In this document: positions 59,265 through 64,000 of the stretch, piece by piece
Layout of the letters: every line of letters starts with the position of its first letter
Numbering within the stretch: position 1 is the stretch's first letter
Source: Candidatus Parcubacteria bacterium
Lineage (GTDB): Bacteria; Patescibacteriota; Minisyncoccia; Phycocordibacterales; UBA5272
Assembly (NCBI GenBank): GCA_039796775.1
Contig: JBDKJD010000001.1
Location: forward strand, 88,399 to 152,398
Length of the DNA: 64,000 nucleotides
Direction of reading: 5' to 3'
The notes under the pieces: model-generated
Database searches by the model: none
What the model saw: only the letters and a program-made list of their open reading frames with translations
What the model was told of the DNA's origin: nothing
Position numbers and translations under genes: made by a program

Positions 59265-62200
59265 TTAGAAGTTAGCGGTTGCAATATACACAAGAGCAGC
59301 GGAGTACTCATTCGCCTCTGTTGTTGGAGTAATATTCACAAGATAACGGACAGAGAATGTGGTAGTAGCATTATCCCCAACCCCTGTCGCTACGGTGCTT
59401 GGAGTTGAAGATGACGCATCGAAAGCGAATCCAGAAAGCGCGTAAGGAGATGACACGACACCACTTCCTCCACTCGCTGTTAATCGCACTCCGAACTGTT
59501 CAGTACCTGGGGTGGATACTGTGTTAACACCTCCTATTTGAGTAATAGTTGTAGATCCTGCAGTTAATGTATCCCCTTGTAGGGTTACTGTGTACCCGTT
59601 GATGGCATTTGTATTAACAATGAGAGAGTGGGCTTCTACTTCAACATCACTCCCTAAAAGAGATGTAGACGAAGCATATCTCGCTTGAGCGGACAACGCT
59701 GTCCCAAAATAAACAGAAGAAGTGGACACAGAGAAAGAAAATACTTGCGGACTAGAAGATGAGTTACTCGCCTCTTGCCATTCTAAGAGCATGCGATACC
59801 TCACGTTAGCATCACCTTGAGTCTGTTCATTATAAAGCGCCAACCCTTCCCCTTCTTTAAGGATAAGCTCGTCACCGTAATATATATCTGAATCAAAAAC
59901 TCCCGACGGTTGGTTAACTAACCCTGGTGTGGCTATTCCTAATACTCTAGAAGAGGTGGATTGCAAAAACCCAATTGTCGGACCTGTTGTACGTATATCG
60001 GCGGTCGAAGTCGAAGATCCTGAATGCTTGCGCGGGACACTCGTAGTTGCAACAACTGTTCCACCAGTAGCACTTCCTATTTTTCGTATACTGACTGGTT
60101 GATACACAGGAGCAACTACAGTACCACTACGATTAGCTCTGATACCTAGTTTTTTGACTATATAATTTTTACCTGAACCTATTGGATTAAAAAAAGAAGT
60201 ATAAGCATACCCAAGTGTCGTTGACTGATTGATTGGACCACTCGTGTACAAATATTCACTCAGCGTGGAAGGAGCGGAGCTCTCTTCATCCCATTCGAAT
60301 AATATTTTTACTCTAAAGTCAGCATCCCCGGCTGCTGTATCATGATACAATCCAACACCTTCTCCGGGTCGTAAGATTATAGGCTCTTTGTTATCAAATG
60401 TAATTTCTTTATATGCAGTTTGTGCGGCTGCAGCAGACGATACAGCACCTTGAGTTTGTACAGCTAATAATTTTGAGTCGGTGGTGCCTGAATATGTAGC
60501 AGTGACTCCCGTACGTCGTAGTTCGACAACACTGTTAACTGTACCTGTATGCTTTTTGGGAATACTGGTAGAAGCTATTTGAGTTCCGGCAGATGCTGCA
60601 CTTATGCGCCTTAATTGCATCGGGATATACACTGCCGTGTTCACACTATCGATTCTCATTTGCATTCTTTTTATGATTGCAGTCTTGCCTGACCCAGAGG
60701 GATTAAAAAAGGTTGCATAATTATATGAAGTTGCTGTACTACCGTTAATATCGCCTATATCTATAAGATATTCTCCTTGTGAAGACGGAGCTGAGCCTTC
60801 TTCATCCCATTCAACAAAAGTCCTCACATAATTATCCACATCACCAAGAGCAGCATTATAAAGAGCTACCCCCTCTCCTGGCTGAAGGATAATTTTTTCA
60901 TTATTACCTAACACCATCTCCCTTTGACCTATTGTCTGTCCAACAGCCCCAGGGGAAGTGACAGTCATGAAGTTAGCATCCGTAGTCCCGCTATAGGTAG
61001 CAGTGATCGCTGATGCACATGCGGCCCCACACCATCTCACTTCCATAACACTATCAGCTGTCCCTGTATGTTTTTTTGGGAGGGCCCCTGCTGCGATAAG
61101 CGTTCCACCTGAAGCTGTCGTAATTCTCCTGTAACTATACGAGACATATACTCCTGTTGAGTCAGCATCTACTTGAATTCCTAACTTTTTTATCACTATA
61201 TTTTTGCCTGATCCTACAGGATTAAAAAAAGAATAATGGGTGGTGTTAGCAGCAGCGGCAGCTTCTATACGATTCGATGCCCAAATATATTCTCCTTGCG
61301 AAGCTGGGGTATTCACCGCATCGACTTCTTCCCATTCTATAATCATGCGCACAAGTTGATCTAAATCCCCTGCTGTTTCTGAAATGAGAGCAACTCCTTG
61401 TCCAGCTTGAAGAATTAGCTTCTCGTCATTTTGATGAAAATTAATTTCTTTCCACCCGGTTGCCTGTGCTGTTGTACCACAAGGTGTAACACTTCCGATA
61501 CGAGCATCCACCCCTCCTGCTGTTGTTGTTGAGACAGTTACCCCAGTGCGCCGGAATTCCATAAAAGAATCAGCTCCACCTGTATGCTTTTTGGGGATAC
61601 TTGAGGTTGCGATAAGTGTTCCTCCAGTGGCAGATGATATTCTCTGAAGAATAATATTATTAGTATAGACAGCTGCAGCGTCGCATGTCTCCGTACCAAA
61701 CCAAATACGTTTAACTATCGCGGTCTTACCAGATGCAGAAGGGTTAAAAAAACTATTATAGGTATACCCAGGTGTTGTAGTGATTTCTACTCTTGGGAAT
61801 GCGAACAAGAATTCATTTTGGGGCGTGGGGGCATTCACCGTCTCTTCCCATTCATATAACACTCTAATTGATGTACCGACAGTCCCAGCTGCTTCTTGAT
61901 ATACAGCAATACCTTCTCCTGGTTGAAGAATAATCTTTTCATCTTGATCTCCAAAAGTAATATTTCGAGAACTATAATAAGCGCCCACAGCTCCAGAAAG
62001 AGGCTGTCCAAGAATACGAGAATCAGCAGTTCCAGAAAAAGTAACCGTTGGCCCAGAATGACGTATCTCAGCTATGGAGTTGCTTGAGCTCGCATTTTTT
62101 TGTGGAAAGTCTGCAGCTAAAATTTGAGTGCCCAGTGAGGAGGCCGAGATTCTACGTGCAGAGAGGTTGACATAGTTAGACGCGGTAGATGTAGAGACAG

Positions 62201-62549
62201 TATCAGAGCGTATAGCGAGCCTTTTTATTGCTACCGTCTTCCCTGATCCTGCTGGGTTAAAAAAAGCTGAATATACATAATTAGCTGATACAGATCCATT
62301 CACCGGACCAACATCAAGCATATATTCTTTCTCGTTTGGGTTAATCGCGGCTGAAGCTTTTGAAGGGGAAGAGAAGATGGTATCCACTACATTCTTATTG
62401 AGAGAAGCCAAATATATTTTGTCTACAATTTTCCCGTGTTTGTTTTTTTGGCTTACGGTTTGGAATAAACTAACAATAGCTTCTGGATTAAATCCAGACA
62501 AAAAAAGTTGCACAATCAAAAGCGATGTAAGGATTCTTCTAATCAGCAT
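59265..62549 (-). CDS. giant secreted surface protein: 5 tandem about 165-aa repeats plus shared C-terminal ...YIATANF domain
   Basis: Signal peptide. Repeats each contain FFNPxxSGK(T/N)..IK(R/K), PKKH(T/S)G, ILQPGEG.ALY and EWEE blocks. C-terminus is homologous to the two upstream paralogs. Confidence 0.65.
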   Translation of the reverse strand: MLIRRILTSLLIVQLFLSGFNPEAIVSLFQTVSQKNKHGKIVDKIYLASLNKNVVDTIFSSPSKASAAINPNEKEYMLDVGPVNGSVSANYVYSAFFNPAGSGKTVAIKRLAIRSDTVSTSTASNYVNLSARRISASSLGTQILAADFPQKNASSSNSIAEIRHSGPTVTFSGTADSRILGQPLSGAVGAYYSSRNITFGDQDEKIILQPGEGIAVYQEAAGTVGTSIRVLYEWEETVNAPTPQNEFLFAFPRVEITTTPGYTYNSFFNPSASGKTAIVKRIWFGTETCDAAAVYTNNIILQRISSATGGTLIATSSIPKKHTGGADSFMEFRRTGVTVSTTTAGGVDARIGSVTPCGTTAQATGWKEINFHQNDEKLILQAGQGVALISETAGDLDQLVRMIIEWEEVDAVNTPASQGEYIWASNRIEAAAAANTTHYSFFNPVGSGKNIVIKKLGIQVDADSTGVYVSYSYRRITTASGGTLIAAGALPKKHTGTADSVMEVRWCGAACASAITATYSGTTDANFMTVTSPGAVGQTIGQREMVLGNNEKIILQPGEGVALYNAALGDVDNYVRTFVEWDEEGSAPSSQGEYLIDIGDINGSTATSYNYATFFNPSGSGKTAIIKRMQMRIDSVNTAVYIPMQLRRISAASAGTQIASTSIPKKHTGTVNSVVELRRTGVTATYSGTTDSKLLAVQTQGAVSSAAAAQTAYKEITFDNKEPIILRPGEGVGLYHDTAAGDADFRVKILFEWDEESSAPSTLSEYLYTSGPINQSTTLGYAYTSFFNPIGSGKNYIVKKLGIRANRSGTVVAPVYQPVSIRKIGSATGGTVVATTSVPRKHSGSSTSTADIRTTGPTIGFLQSTSSRVLGIATPGLVNQPSGVFDSDIYYGDELILKEGEGLALYNEQTQGDANVRYRMLLEWQEASNSSSSPQVFSFSVSTSSVYFGTALSAQARYASSTSLLGSDVEVEAHSLIVNTNAINGYTVTLQGDTLTAGSTTITQIGGVNTVSTPGTEQFGVRLTASGGSGVVSSPYALSGFAFDASSSTPSTVATGVGDNATTTFSVRYLVNITPTTEANEYSAALVYIATANF

Positions 62550-63543
62550 ATGATACGTATGAATATACTTGTTCGCTTATTTCTTTGAACAATGCTTGTA
62601 TCTCTGTTTTATCGAGCTCACCTTTTTTGTTTTGAGCTATCATTACCGTGAGGAGATATGGTCTCCCTTTAGCATAGACAATCCCTGAGTCAGCCATCAC
62701 CTTCTCATCTATTCTAACACCCGTCTTGTGTACAAAAGGTACATCTTTTGGAATACCAAGAGACAAGAATTCATCTGGCTCTCTCTTTAAGATAGAGAGG
62801 AACGATTCTGAATGATACTGATCTAAGAATGTCGCATTATAGAGAGATCTAAAAAATATAGAGTATCGCTTCGCGGTGATACGATTATCAACATTATCAA
62901 AATCTTTTTTGTTGCGCTTTAACCCTTCTATAACATCATCCATACCAAGGTGGACAAACACATCTTCCAATTCCCCTCCTTCAATATTACGCAATAATAC
63001 GAAATGTGCTGTATTGTCAGAATTAATAAGAGATTCTTCAATAAATCGCTTAATTGAATGTGTCGTCCCTGTATCTTCTTTATACATGAATCCGAATTCT
63101 GTATCTTTGTCCTGGTCGAGGATAACAAGCTCATTATCTAACTTCCATTTTTTGTCTTGAACCTTTTTCATTGCAGCCATCGCCACTGGAATTTTTATAA
63201 GACTAGCTGGCCAAATTTTAACGTCTTTATGTGTCGAAATATTCGCCCCAGTTGGGAAGTATTCAAAATAAATCGAAATCGTATAGTCGGTTCTCTTTTC
63301 ATAGTCTTGCAACTTTTCTTTCAACTCTTGGAAGTCGACGATTAAGTTACGCTTATCCAAAATAGCAAGTGAAGGATTAAGAAGAGATTGAGAATCACTC
63401 ACAGCACTTCGTTCAGAAAAAATAAAATAAACGACAACTGATAACAATATCAAAGAAATAGTAATCGACACAGTCGCTATCAACCGATACGGCACAGCTC
63501 TTGTGCGATTATGCTCTTTGTTAAAATTATAATAAGGTTTCAT
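62539..63543 (-). CDS. class-A beta-lactamase / penicillin-binding-like serine hydrolase, membrane-anchored
   Basis: SxxK (PASLIKIP), SDN (LINSDNT) and KTG (VHKTGV) in the correct order and spacing. N-terminal TM. Stop overlaps the start of the giant surface gene by 11 nt. Confidence 0.7.
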   Translation of the reverse strand: MKPYYNFNKEHNRTRAVPYRLIATVSITISLILLSVVVYFIFSERSAVSDSQSLLNPSLAILDKRNLIVDFQELKEKLQDYEKRTDYTISIYFEYFPTGANISTHKDVKIWPASLIKIPVAMAAMKKVQDKKWKLDNELVILDQDKDTEFGFMYKEDTGTTHSIKRFIEESLINSDNTAHFVLLRNIEGGELEDVFVHLGMDDVIEGLKRNKKDFDNVDNRITAKRYSIFFRSLYNATFLDQYHSESFLSILKREPDEFLSLGIPKDVPFVHKTGVRIDEKVMADSGIVYAKGRPYLLTVMIAQNKKGELDKTEIQALFKEISEQVYSYVSYAD

Positions 63544-63546
63544 ATA

Positions 63547-63981
63547 TTACTCTTCCTCTTTGAGAGATTCAGTAACTGGGAGACTAAGATTTCTGATTTC
63601 TTCTGTATCTAACACAGTGTCGAGTTCAAGTTTCTTTCTGAATAATTCTGAGAGACTGTTATTATCATCAGAAAACACTTCCCCTGTGTCATCTCTATAG
63701 AATACAAAATGATCTCCATTAATGATCACTTGATAACTGAGTCCGTCAACGGTGAACTTTGGCCGCTCTCCCAAACTACTATCGAATGCATTAATTGTAA
63801 CAGTGCTAAATGATTTTGAAATAATGTTATACACGAAAAGTGTTTGTTTGTCTTCGCTTACCCACATCACAAACGAATCTTTCATACCGATAGCCATATC
63901 CTTGGCAACAGATACTTTAGTAGAAGAGGCTGTGCCTTCTATTTTGTGTTTCGTGTTATTTTCCAAATCATAAATCCACAA
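63547..63981 (-). CDS. hypothetical protein (may extend beyond window end)
   Basis: ORF only; upstream frame still open at 64000. Confidence 0.35.
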   Translation of the reverse strand: MWIYDLENNTKHKIEGTASSTKVSVAKDMAIGMKDSFVMWVSEDKQTLFVYNIISKSFSTVTINAFDSSLGERPKFTVDGLSYQVIINGDHFVFYRDDTGEVFSDDNNSLSELFRKKLELDTVLDTEEIRNLSLPVTESLKEEE

Positions 63982-64000
63982 TTCTTCGACTCCATCTTTT

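Noticed and set aside
56786-62549. Outer-membrane beta-barrel interpretation of the C-terminal ...ATANF ending
   Set aside because: A terminal Phe with alternating hydrophobics resembles the OMP C-terminal signature. However, the remaining domain organisation fits the Csc/WxL-like reading better: signal peptide, soluble repeats, adjacent DUF916-type anchor protein. Left as an alternative to test, not a call.

Overview
The window is low-GC (roughly high-30s % by eye) and gene-dense. Its content is typical of a small-genome bacterium, possibly Patescibacteria/CPR-like. This is suggested by a short dnaX, archaeal-type sugar enzymes and many small membrane or secreted proteins.

Housekeeping genes:
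- Ribosomal proteins L27, L9 and L21.
- cysS, serS, dnaB, dnaX, recR and rmuC.
- A Dus tRNA-dihydrouridine synthase, CtpA, an FtsQ-like protein and a GatB/YqeY-domain protein.
- A UvrD-type helicase-nuclease (AddA-like) next to a stand-alone Fe-S PD-(D/E)XK nuclease (mini-AddB-like).
- Two tRNAs: Gln-UUG and Ala-UGC (the latter with the G3:U70 identity pair).

Accessory content:
1. A degenerate IS256-like transposase remnant directly downstream of tRNA-Gln.
2. A compositionally foreign ~550-bp cassette with much higher GC, downstream of tRNA-Ala. It carries one 135-aa ORF with an AAGGAG RBS, driven by a near-consensus extended -10 sigma70 promoter. It is flanked by two 107-bp imperfect direct repeats and ends in a 27-bp-arm perfect palindrome.
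3. An alternative oxidase (AOX) gene.
4. A TspO / CAP-domain / metzincin secreted cluster.
5. A glycogen-to-glycolysis operon (GT4, GH57, GH15, PGI/PMI, ROK).
6. A conserved tesA-ybbA-ybbP-like divergent unit.
7. A ~12-kb minus-strand array of surface proteins:
- two cohesin-like membrane-anchored proteins and a dockerin-bearing protein;
- a DUF916/DUF3324-like anchor protein;
- two tandem paralogs and a 1094-aa protein with five ~165-aa tandem repeats. All three share a ~170-aa C-terminal domain ending in ATAN[FY]. This architecture is reminiscent of Csc/WxL cell-surface complexes.

RNA-level features: a candidate structured RNA sits in the leader of a flavoprotein gene, and a candidate terminator-ended sRNA sits in an 800-bp non-coding gap. 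Several unusually long perfect palindromes occur across the window. No rRNA or CRISPR array was seen.
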